Both the position numbers and the translations under genes were made by a program. A DNA stretch of 64,000 bases, taken from assembly GCF_006345805.1 (NCBI RefSeq), contig NC_043000.1, forward strand, positions 59,086,001-59,150,000, read 5' to 3'. The stretch's first letter is position 1; every line of letters begins with the position of its first letter. The notes beneath the pieces were generated by a model. That model made no database searches. It was given only the letters and a program-made list of their open reading frames with translations, and was not told the DNA's origin. Source of the stretch: Octopus sinensis. Lineage: Eukaryota. This document shows, in pieces, positions 12,224 through 23,678 of this stretch.

Positions 12224-12690
12224 CCATATTACATAGTATAAAACAATATTGTTACATATCAGAAAAATAAAAGGTGAAAACAGCTATGCATGTTGGGACA
12301 AATATTTTTTGTAACAGATTCAAAGAAAATTTAGATAAACTTTACATAAATGCAATGAAATGGATACCTCAAGATAAGTGATTTTGTCATTCTACATTTA
12401 GCTCAACTGGGCCTTAAACTTCACCAAATTGGAAGATTCTAGTACCTCAGACAACTATCTATACAATACCATGAAACTCAACGGTTGAGGTTCAGTAGTT
12501 GCTTGACCTGCTAAGGATAGCAAAACTTTCTTTAAATCCCATCCTACCACTATAATAAAGAATACATTAGTCACATATATAATAAAGAGACATAAACGAA
12601 AGTAACAGGGGATTTCTGATCATGGATTTACTTAATGAAGAATGACCATAGGTTAAACGGCCCCAGCCACACGGTAAAAATACTTTCTAT

Positions 12691-12753
12691 GCTGGATCAG
12701 ATGTCGCAATCCATATTATACATCATTAAAGAGAGCACTCGGTCATATCCAAC
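12691..12753 (-). pseudogene. decayed SNORD100-like copy F
   Basis: gttggatatgaccgagtgctctctttaatgatgtataatatggattgcgacatCTGAtccagc keeps the terminal stem and box D. Box C and the guide are eroded. Confidence 0.55.
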
Positions 12754-13522
12754 ACATAACTTAGACAAGTGTATAAAAGGTTTTTTAAAATAAGCAAAAC
12801 AACCAAGGTACAAAACCTCCAAAAATGGAAATGCTGAATGTATCAAAGTTGCTGCCAATTAGTTACTCAAAAACTGCTTGAGACAGTGTCATCTTTAACC
12901 CTTTTGCATTTAAACCGGCCATAACTGGCCAAAATATTCTACCTGCTTTTGGCCAGGCCTGGCACCTCATGCCAACCCTACAATATTATTCTAAAAATTA
13001 ATAGTTAATTCATCAAAATCTCAAACTACAAAATATTGCACAAGTAATCCACAATAGCGTAAATAAATAAACATTACTTTTGACAGAATAGTGTGAATTG
13101 GTTATTTTTGCCAAAAATGCTAAGTTACAGGGATGCAAGCAAACACAGGATGGGAAGCTAGTGACAAACCCAACACACATGACATGTCACCTTTCAAAGT
13201 ATCATCCCCAAAATCATCAAGTCTGGGGGCCATTGTAGAAAGTACTTGATAGTGAGAGAGAGACCATGCAAATACCTTTGACTATAAAATTCAATTCTTA
13301 ATTCTAATAATGTTCCAGAGTTACAGTTTAAACATCTTGGGTACCACAGTCTACTTGGCCATTTATACTTTAGCATACAGACTAACCCTAACCCATTTCA
13401 CTGATACTACTGCAGATCACACGCTATAGTAGTACCCATCTTTGATTATAAGTCAATCATGCCTGGCCTGAAGCTAAGCAAACTTCCAAGCATTTTGTAT
13501 TTTGTACCATTCTCAACAACAA

Positions 13523-13589
13523 TTGGGTCAGACACTGCAATCCTCATTCTATAATCAGTAGAGGGAGCATTCATCATCATCACACCCAA
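13523..13589 (-). ncRNA. SNORD100: box C/D snoRNA, SNORD100-like, copy D (older paralog)
   Basis: ttgggt-GTGATGA-tgatgaATGCTCCCTCTa-CTGA-ttataga-ATGAGGA-ttgcagtgt-CTGA-cccaa. GCTCCCTCTACTGA and ATGAGGA match human SNORD100 as recalled. Confidence 0.9.
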
Positions 13590-14162
13590 CACTACAGTAA
13601 TAGTTAAGGAAAGAAAAAAATCCAAGTTATCACTAATAATGGGAATATTCAAAGCAAAAGAAACCAGTATCAATCACTTGAATAAAGCCATAATTTGAGT
13701 AAACCAAACATTACATAAAATTCAATGACTAGTAAAAATAAAAACTGTTCATATATAAAAGACACCCCCACCCCCAATCAGTAGCCTATCGTTATTAAAC
13801 GTCCATCTTACGATGCCTGCATGGGTTAGATTGAATATTTGAAGTATTTTCTAAAACTGAATGCTCTTCCTATTTGCAACTCCACACTGGCTTCCAGGTA
13901 AGGTTACATTCCCCATAGCCAGATGGAAAAACCTTGTCTTGTGTAATATTGCTCATTTATAACCATGACTTCTACTAGACAAGAGCACCTACAGACACAA
14001 CGGGCTTCCAGGCGTATACATCTAGACAGATTATTGCAGAAATATGAACATGTGCAAGCTGAAAGCGAAACAATATCAGAAGCTATATCCAACTAGCTTG
14101 GTCTAATAATCAGTAACAACAGTACTTTTTCATCTTCACGAGGCTAATATAGTAGAAAATGT

Positions 14163-14231
14163 TTGCTCAGTGCAAAGCCATGACAATTTACTTGAGGTTG
14201 AGAAAGAGGGAGCATTTATTATCATACTCAA
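14163..14231 (-). ncRNA. partly degenerate SNORD100-like copy E
   Basis: ttgagt-ATGATAA-taaATGCTCCCTCTt-tctcaa...gca-CTGA-gcaa. The 11-nt guide and box D are intact, box C has one mismatch and D' is lost. Confidence 0.55.
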
Positions 14232-15335
14232 TTCTTTCACCTTGGAAGGAACATTACCTATACAGAGGTATGACCTTTCACAAGATGTGCTGCATTGTAG
14301 AATACTATTCATATTTGCTGAATAAGCATCTATAAAAATTATAAAATCGCATACCAGTTATTAATTGAAGACAGTCGGTTTAAGTAAGGGAGTTAACTTG
14401 ACTACTACATGAGACAAATAGTAAGAAACATATAAGTTATTTGGAATAAATTTACATCCATTTGTTGCAGCTAATGTAGTTACTCCTTGATTAACATGCA
14501 TGACAATATCAATTTTTGATCAAGTATTTCTTCACCGTCGGATTAGAGTAAGATTTATCAATGACAGACGTGTGCTAATTACGAGGGTGATATACTATAA
14601 CATGCCAACATGATAAGCGGAAGTATAATGATGACGATAGTAGACATCTCTTTAAAATACAAAAAACGTGAGTTTTTATACAGGCAATTTAACAATTAGA
14701 AGTTATGACTGGACAAGTAATTGCAGTACTAATATCAGCTAATGTAGGGGTATTAAATGCTACAAGCCAATTGTGTAACACATGGAATCACAAGTTAAAA
14801 GCAAATATCAGCTATATATAACTATACAAAGGGCCTATAATCCTTTAAGGGATGTTTGCATCGTAGCTTTCCGGTTTTTACAAGTGTTCCGTGAAAAGCT
14901 AAATGCGTTAATTTTGCAATGATGGATATGGGTGTTTAAATGATTTATGATTGAGAAAAGGAAAATGGAAAAATTGATATATAGACATCAGGTTATTCAA
15001 AGATAGTTAAATCAATATAATATGAAATTCTTATCCCTACAGCCGTTTCCATAGTCAATTAGAGAAATAGGTAAATTAAATTTTCATATTTAAACTGGTT
15101 AACTGGGAGAATTTTCCAAAAAGGAGTTAAATTGCAACGTGTTGGTTGACCATGAGACTCGGACATATATATATATATAATATATCCATGCATACACACC
15201 AAAGTAAAATATAACCTGATACAAATCCATATGGTTTTACTTTCAAAAGCTGACACGAGTAATTAGAAAAAAAATTCAGCAGAAGCATTTTAAAAATCAA
15301 TTTTAAAACCCAAGTAAATAAATAATTGCTCTTAC

Positions 15336-15438
15336 TTTGAGGAGGTTGATACCGTGTTCAGTGCAGAGAGCTTCAACTAGTTTAGTATAGCTGGGTTCAT
15401 CTACACTGTTTGCCAAGATACACAAATGGGCTTTTCGT
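15336..15438 (-). CDS. RPS12: RPS12 exon ([34 protein letters not shown])
   Basis: ttcctcccatctag| acceptor, AAA|gtaaga donor, 103 nt, phase 2/0. Confidence 0.97.
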
Positions 15439-15559
15439 CTAGATGGGAGGAAACAAAAATAGTTTAGAGACATAGAAACTATAGCGTAACACTTAAATAG
15501 CATACGCGAAGCACTCACACACATCGACCTATCAATAGAAAGTGAAGAAAATAATCTTA

Positions 15560-15827
15560 GCATTCTTTCGATATAACTCGACAAAATCAAAACATTTCAA
15601 TTCGGGCATTTCCGTGGAAGCAAATGACAGTTCGATTGTTTTCTGCTTGAAAATTGCGGAATTTACATACACATGAAACGGGTAAGAACAAATATGCAAG
15701 GCTTTTTTTTTCTTCAAATTTAAAATGAGACATTACTGGCATAATTTCGTTATATCTGTTCTACACAACCCACGGAAATAACCCAAGTGAAATGTTTTGA
15801 TTTTGTCGAGTTATATTGAAGGAATGC
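15560..15827. repeat. 58-bp inverted repeat (MITE-like) in an RPS12 intron
   Basis: Arms at 15560-15617 and 15770-15827 match at 52/58, with a perfect 29-bp core. Confidence 0.85.
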
Positions 15828-15917
15828 CACATATATCATTATTTTCGCAATTAAATACCATGGAATCATAATTTAGTCGTCACAAATATTTAAACTAGGA
15901 AGAAAACCAACACATAC

Positions 15918-16043
15918 TTGTCTAGTGCTTTACAACACTGGCTGAGTCCTCTTTCTAAGCCATCGTGAATGAGAGAGGTCTTTAAAATTTCCTGCAAAGC
16001 AGAGTATAAATCGAGCGAGCCAGCAGGAGCTGGGGCATCTTCC
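15918..16043 (-). CDS. RPS12: RPS12 exon ([42 protein letters not shown])
   Basis: ctctttacag| acceptor, CAA|gtatgt donor, 126 nt, phase 2/2. Confidence 0.97.
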
Positions 16044-16314
16044 CTGTAAAGAGTAATAATTCATAATTATAGGTTATGACAAACATCAATATGTAATAAT
16101 TATTTTTATTACATATTTTAATATGTAATAAAATTACATATTTTATTTTAATCTTTTAGCTATCAATAGTCTTTTAGTCAGCCTTTAAGTGAGTAAATGT
16201 AGTATTAAAAGTATTTTCAAACCAAATAAAAGCATACAAAATTCAAATAAACGAAATATTAACATTTATAGCATGAGGAAGATGGAGGTAAAACAGGAAT
16301 AAACGTGTACCTAC

Positions 16315-16331
16315 CTTTCAGTATCAGACAT
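16315..16331 (-). CDS. RPS12: RPS12 first coding exon (MSDTE-R; exon begins at 16347)
   Basis: aaatttcag| acceptor at 16348, ATG at 16331, AG|gtaggt phase-2 donor. The five exons total 411 nt, giving 136 aa plus stop with no frameshift. Confidence 0.9.
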
Positions 16332-16899
16332 TTTCTCGGGTTACTAGCTGAAATTTATTAGAAAAGAAATTACAAAATAAGTATTAGATTATGTCCTTTA
16401 GATATAAATTATTAAATATTACGACGATGCTCAATAAACAATGAAATACATTAATAGATTGAAAGAATGTAACATACCGTTCAATCCCGATCACAGATTC
16501 AAGAGAAAGAACAACTTCCGTTTTTGTGAAATGAACTATGGGTAAAACGGAAGTTACACATAGAAGCACGTGGATTTACCATGTATTTTATGTTGCATCA
16601 CTGACCATAAAAGCATAATTTTGTAAATACATAGGTTTTTTTTTTCGTTTTCCGTCTAATATATTATTTTCCTGCTACAAATAAAAGATGTATTAAATGT
16701 TACAAACAAACTAGCTCGTACCAGTGTGTTAACATCAGTATTTCTGCGGTAGCCTAGTTTTGCATTCAGCTCTCTAACGCTAACAGTACGAGAACACATG
16801 AAAGCTACAACTAAAAAAGTTATAAGATTTAGTTTCACATAACGTAAGAAAGGCTATAAGTTCAAACTACTTAGCTAACAACAGATCGCTCCATTTAAA

Positions 16900-17200
16900 A
16901 CAAAGGTAAATAAATTTGACTTATCATAGTTTGTTCGGAGGCAAACTGCGGCTCGCGGGACTTTCTCAATGGCACACCTTACGAAAAATAACCTTGAATT
17001 GTTTTAGTAATGCGGCCTGCTTGGTCGTGAATCAAGCTTCGTTGCTTTTTGAAAACTATTGCTCATACCTTTCGAAGACTAGCAGTTACATTTTACTTTC
17101 TTCACTAATTATATCTAAATGCGGCGTAACTTCGGTATAGGTACCGAAAGTACCGGATACATTTCAAGAAAGTGTTTTTTTATATATATATATATATATA
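16900..17200 (-). promoter_or_regulatory. probable RPS12 promoter and non-coding first exon (donor AAG|GTATGA at 17069)
   Basis: Local CpG enrichment, a strong minus-strand donor, and pyrimidine TCT/TOP-like runs (actttctt, gcctttctt). The exact TSS cannot be determined. Confidence 0.45.
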
Positions 17201-17715
17201 TTAGAAGAAATGAGGTAATCAGAAGATCGGATGGTTCATATTTACAGATATTTATCTATATATTACATTTTTTACATATGTATCATATCATTCAGATCAT
17301 ATATATATATATATGGGGGGGGGGAGAAAAGGGTTTTTGGGATCTTTTCCTTTTGAACGGCACTTTGTAACATAATTTCTAGGTAACTAAAAAGTTTTAA
17401 ACTTCGTATATTGGTAGAATTAGTTTATAAAACATCATTTTCTCTTGGCTTTATTGAGAAAATTCTCTAGGTTGTAAGATATTTCGGCAATTTTAACCAA
17501 TCACTGGAGTCCATTTAGGTAAATAACATTCTGTGCATAATGAATATGTCCCTCCTTTAAGAAACAGATTGGGTTTATTTACATTTGTGAAGAAAAAAGA
17601 TACCCTACCCCTAAATCTAAAATAAATTGAAATGCAATAGATCGATACTAGGGTTATAATTATGGGTGACAATTTCATACGACACCGCTACGGAAAATGA
17701 GATTTTTTTCTAGCG

Positions 17716-20700
17716 GTGTCAAATGAAAATGGCAGAATCATTGGTGATGGTGGATGGCCTTGCAACCTTGGTTTTGTTGTTGATGGCCATAACCTATACA
17801 TGGTGCTGGGAGGTAGGAGGCCTCGATGTTACATGTGTGGAAGCGAAGAGCACGTCAAAACTAAGTACCCAACAGCAATGGAACAACAAAAACAGCAAGA
17901 AAAAGATCATCAACCACAACAAGGATAAAGGAACCCTTGCTACCCACACTATCACCAACACAGAAGACAAGCAAAGGGAGTACGACAAAAGAAATATACA
18001 AACCAAATATGCCAACGCCAACAAATGAACATACACCAGCACCTGGAAAAACACCAACAACAACTAAAGAAATAAAAAATAACAAAAGAAAACACAAAAA
18101 CTTATACCCCTTCCCCTATATCACATACAGCACAAACAAACAGCCAACAACCAACATCAATGAAAACAGCAACACAACCACTTACACAAACAATCATAGA
18201 AGCCTACAAAATGCCCCTACCACCATCCGATTCCTCAGAAATTTCGTCGGAAGATGAAACCAGTGAGGAATGGCAAATAGCCAGAAAAGGAGCAAAAAAA
18301 CAACCAAACCAAATGCAAATGCAAACAAAGCAGGGGGATATACATTTCCTCAAGACATTTTGAAATCTACCACAAACAACAGCAACACCAACACCACAAC
18401 AATATATACAGCAAACATGTTCACAGCTATAGACACTAAAAACATAGATTTGATGGAATACATCAAATCAAAAACAAACCTAACAAAAGATAACAAAAAC
18501 AAACAACCACCCATACACAACACCACCGGAGCACATCCAAATACTACACATCTCAAGAAGTCTACACCACACACTAAAAGGCATTTTCCCCAGTGCGGTT
18601 GGTAAATGCCAAAAATACCTCATGAAGAAACTGTATTGGGATCTCCTTGACGACAAACCATGGGAAGAGAAAGCAAAAACTTTTGAGCAGTAACCCTCTA
18701 TTCTTTCGTATGTGTTTTAATTCACTAGGATTATGATCAAGATTTGTTGTGTGGCTTGGAAACAAGGGTACCTCTTAAATGACATACAGACACACTAGTT
18801 AAAAATCATAGCTATAAGTGAGACCAGACTCCATAATCCACGGGCCCTAAAGTCCATGGTACTTTTTCGCAAGAGTCTGGATCTTGAAGTAAAGACAATA
18901 TTCGTAGACCCGGAGGGTAGACTGGTCGTTCTAGATGTCGATGGCAGCAATGGGTGCACTTTTCAAATTGTATCAGTCTATGCACTGCCTTTAACAGGTC
19001 AGCCGGATTTCTTTCGATGTCTAGAAGTATTCCTAGGAACATCTCATCCTTTACTTTTAGTGGGGGATTAGAATGCTACCTTGGCCACACATGTAGACTA
19101 TGTGGGCAGAGATAGGAATAGATGGGGATGCAAATGCCTCGGAGACCTGCCCAGACACTTTCCACTGTCTGACAGGTACCAACTCGATCACCCGAATGCG
19201 CCAACGTGGACATGGAGCAACCACATCGGGTCGTCGAGATCATATCTAGATAGGATACTGCGCAGGACAGTAGATAGAGATAGCATAGGGTATCCACAAT
19301 TCCACATAGTCAGCTACACAGATCACAAACTTGTAACGTGTACACTAGACTTAGGTAAGACACATAGGCAGGGTCCCGGGTACTGGAAACTAAACGCATC
19401 TTTCCCATCGAGGTTGGCTCTAGACCAACACTTCAATGCTAAACATGAAGGGTGTGTTGTCAGAGCTAGGATGTGTTCCCTAAGGAACGAAAGCGTTGGA
19501 CGCACATGAGAGGCCTGGGTGGCGGAGGCGCAACAGGGCAACAAAGCCACCATTCGGTCTCTGGTAGATGAACAGGGGCGTGAATTACTCGAGCCAAGTA
19601 AAATGTGTGAGGCCTTTCAACAGCATTTTGCTCGAATGTTCGGGACAAGTGGCAGGTAAGAACGCAAGGTGGATTTCATTGCCTACCTACACAGCCTGCC
19701 ACAACTCTCGACAAAAGAGGCAAGGTGCTGCGAAGGTGCCATCATGGCGGCAGAATGCTCAAGGGACAAATCACTGAGTTTGGATGGTCTACCCTACGAG
19801 CTTTACAGTTGTATGCCAGGCTTGTTTGGAGACGTCTTGGCAGCAAAACAGGAGCATCCCTGGTTTTGTGAGCCGAAGAGCTGTAACACTGCGGAAGAAA
19901 GATCTAGATGAGTGGGACGTGATAGATAACTTTAGGCTCATCACTCTGCTCAGTGCAAATTTGAAAATTTTGGCCAAGGTGTTAGCCAAGAGGATGGCGC
20001 TTGTCATTGAGAGAAACTGGTTGACAAGGCGCAAACGTGTGCCATGCCAGGCCGGAGCATCCATGACAACCTCTCATCTGATGCGCTACATCATAGACAG
20101 GGTAGTTAAGGAACCTGGCATGGGTGGGGCCCTGATCAATTTGGGTCAATCCAAAGCTTTCGATAGGGTAGACCATTGATACTTGGAGGCTGTCCTCATA
20201 GCGGCTGGTTTCGGTCCCATCTTCTGCAGCTAGATAGCTGCTTTGTACAGAGGCATCCATTCAGTATTTCACATAAATGGACATCTATCGAGACCTTTCG
20301 ACATTGCATGTTCAGTCCATCAGGGATGCCCCCTCTCATCGCTTTTATACATGACTCTCAAGCCACTACTGTGAAAGCTGGCGACTGAGGAGCATCCCGT
20401 AAGAATTGGGATGCAGGATGAGCATGTCTACATACGCAGACAACATCACCGTCATAGTGTCTAGCCAGAAGCACATCGAGCTGGTTGGTGAAAGACTACG
20501 AAGTGGTAACGAGCAAAAATCAACCAGGAAAAGTCAGTGGGCTTGTAGCTTGGCACCTGGAGAAGCAAGCCCATGCCATCCACCAGCACTTCCATCATGG
20601 GACGCTGGACTGACGGTCCTGTCAAATTGTTCGGGGTCTGGTTTGGTCCAGACCTCCAAATGGAGAAGAACTGGGATGAGATAATGAGTAGGGTGGTCAC

Positions 20701-21630
20701 TCTTGCCCGGCAATGGGCTGAGAGGAAGCTGTCCCTAAAAGGTCGGGCAGAGGTGGCGAGCACGTACATTGCATCCGTCATCTACTACCACCTGACCATC
20801 GTGCCATGTCCTGACCATACCATGACCAAACTAGAATGCATTCTCTTCTGCTTCTTGTGGAAGGGTTGCATTCTGATGGTCAGGTGATCTATTTGCTGCT
20901 AACACCCATTAAAAGGAGGGCTGGGCATGTCGTGGTTGATGATGCGCAGACACACGCTGATACTGCAACGTCTCTGGCTCTACGTAGGCGACAGTGAATG
21001 GGTGTGGTCACTGTTTGTGAGGTGCACTTTCCTGCAGCTCGTCTCCATGACTGAACTGCAGTTGTGGATCAAAAAAAGGCGGAGGAAGGGCAAATTGCAC
21101 CGTGAGTGTTGTGTTGCTCTCAAGCAACTCTGCCATTCTGGGTTGACCTTGAGTGACTTCAACACAACCAAAGCATTCTATAGGGGATTAGTGGAGGGGA
21201 AATACGACAACGATCTCAGGTGAAGCTGGTCATTGACGAGGAATACCTGACCCGCTTGTTCAAGATGACTTTCGGGCCAGGACCTATGGTCAACTTCCAG
21301 AGGCCCTCTGGCCTGGTAGTACTATCGAGAAGTGCTACCTGTTCGGGATAAGCTCTACAGGCATGGCTTGAGAAGCATGGGGCCAACCTATCTGAGATGC
21401 AGTCAGAGTGACGAAACAATCCTGCACGCACTCGTACAGTGTCCAACCATTTCCGACCTGTGGGCCTATGTCAAACGATTGCTATCACGTGTGGGATGAG
21501 TCGGTTTATCAACCGAGTCTATTGTGAATATTGTCACGTGTCCTTCCTTGAAACGAGAAGGAAGAGCTGTTTTCATCGTATATACATATATATGTGTATA
21601 TACATATATATATATATATATGTATATACA
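17716..21630 (+). mobile_element. decayed 5'-truncated Tx1/L1-clade non-LTR retrotransposon
   Basis: ORF1 knuckle CYMCGSEEH; APE motifs (DPEGRLVVLDV, SRSYLDRI, TDHKLV, GYWKLN); RT motifs (FRLITLL, SKAFDRVDH, YADNI); C-terminal CxRC...HALVQC; (TA)n tail. Many stops and frameshifts. Confidence 0.92.
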
Positions 21631-23138
21631 CACATTAATAGTAGGCAAAAGTTACAGTGACAATGGCCAAATTCGTGCTCGATAAGTGCCAATACACAAA
21701 ACTCTCAGCTTTTAACTTACTCTCTAACTTCTGCCGATGATATATATACATACACATATGTGTAAAAAAATCTCATCATGCAATCGAACCAATGAAAGAG
21801 CCTCCACTTGATCGCTCATCACGCTAAAAATAACAGCCAAAGTATCCCCCTACCTAGATCACACATCCATTGTACATAATATCCTAGATTATCCCTAAAA
21901 AGACGGTTTGCTGAAGACTGGAATGTCTTTGATGATAGGTTTGCAGTATCAAGGTTGATTTGAAGCTAAATAGTAACAAAATTATTACTGAGACAGACCA
22001 ATGACGGAGACTGTATGTTGGGTTAGGGTTAGGACTAGAAAAAGTAGCCAAACTTTTTTTATATACAGAATAGAAAAACATCCAACAGTATCCGAAGTTT
22101 CAAACTGGTTAGTTAAAAACAATTAATTAAAAAATCTGTATGTCAAATTGAATAGATCCAGTCCCCTTCCAAGGTACAAGTCTGGACAAATTTGTTTATT
22201 TATGACCAGAAGTCTCCCATACATACCAGCTTCCTCTCTTTGTGCCACTGAGGTAATCCAAGAGAAAGGCAAAGGTTGATACAGCATGGCACCAGTAACA
22301 TTGCAACTCTTTTCTACAACTGAGTAAACTGAAGCAATGGGAAATAAAGTGTATTGCTCAAGAACACAACACATAACCCAGTCCAGGAATCAAACTCACT
22401 ATCTCATGATTGTGAGACTGACACTCTAACCACTGAGCCATGTGCCTTCACAAGAAGCATGTAAAAGTGTATGCTGTATTTCCCAAAACTAAAGCTGATT
22501 CTGCAAAACTGATGATCCATTTAGAATTAATACCTTAAATTGGTTCAAATATACTATTTGATTAAGAAGTTCATTTTGCAATCATCTGATTTCAGGTACA
22601 TTCCCACTATGCAGCACCTTGGGCAAGTAAGTGTCTTCTACTAGAACCCTGGGGTAACCAATACTTTTGAGTGAATTTGGTAGATAGAAACTGAGTGAAA
22701 GGTTGTTGTGTAAAGAGAGAGAGAAATCTGTCTCCCCACTTGACAACAGATATCAATTTGTTTATGTTCCTATAATTTAGCAGTTCAGCAAAAGAAACCG
22801 ATAGAATAAGTAGCAAAGTACTGGAGTCAATTTGTTCAGGTAAAAATTTTCAAGGCAGTGCCCTAACTGACTGAAATAAGCAAAAGAATAGATGAATTAT
22901 ACCCATGAATAAGTATTACTTTTAAGGTAACAGAATTTATTTTTCTTTTGCAAATATAATGATTGTTTTCTTCAAGGGTGTAATTTTAATTAATTCAAAA
23001 TTCTTAGCTGACAACACAATTATGCAAGGATCCACTTCCATTTACATATTTTTTAGAGCCAACTAGAGGACTGGTGATGTTATTACCATTATTATATTTT
23101 ATATTCTAATGAATTTTTGCTCTTTGCTCTTCATTTAA

Positions 23139-23479
23139 CAGTGATTCTCAACCAAGGTCCTCATGGCTTCTCAGCGTCCATATAAGATTTTCAGGGGTCC
23201 ACATAATAAATTGGGGATCCACAATAATACTTTAAGGGCCCCTGAAAAAATTTTGCTTTAGATGTATATATTGGTTTGTATTGGAAGAAACAGCTAGATT
23301 TCTCTCTCCAACATTTTATATAGTTCAATCTACATAAGTTAACGTGTGAAAAACTAAGCAGGAATTTTGAAAAAAGTTTCTGTAAATCTAGTTTTTAAAC
23401 ATCAAATGGCTATGGGGGCCCACCAGAATAAAATATTAATCAAAGGAATCCTTGGATAAAAAATGGTTGAGAATACCTG
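23139..23479. mobile_element. hAT/Charlie-type MITE
   Basis: TIRs cagtgattctcaacc / ggttgagaatacctg. Related to the MITEs at 38726 and 62867. Confidence 0.65.
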
Positions 23480-23678
23480 ATTTAAATCATCAAGCTCTTT
23501 AAAAGCAACTAAGTGATTGTACATATAATAGACCTTAATATTCATATCTCAAAAATGGTTATTAAAATTGGAGAGAGTGTTCTCTGCTAATTCAAAGTAG
23601 CTGTTTGCTTTAATGGTTGCCAAAAGAGATTTTGACAACTATGCACAGGGTACAATGTTACCCATTGAAGACATGAAA

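Noticed and set aside
22018-22035. GGGTTAGGGTTAGG telomere-like motif (also ctaaccctaaccc at about 13383)
   Set aside because: Only about two units, common inside DNA-transposon ends and not an interstitial telomere.
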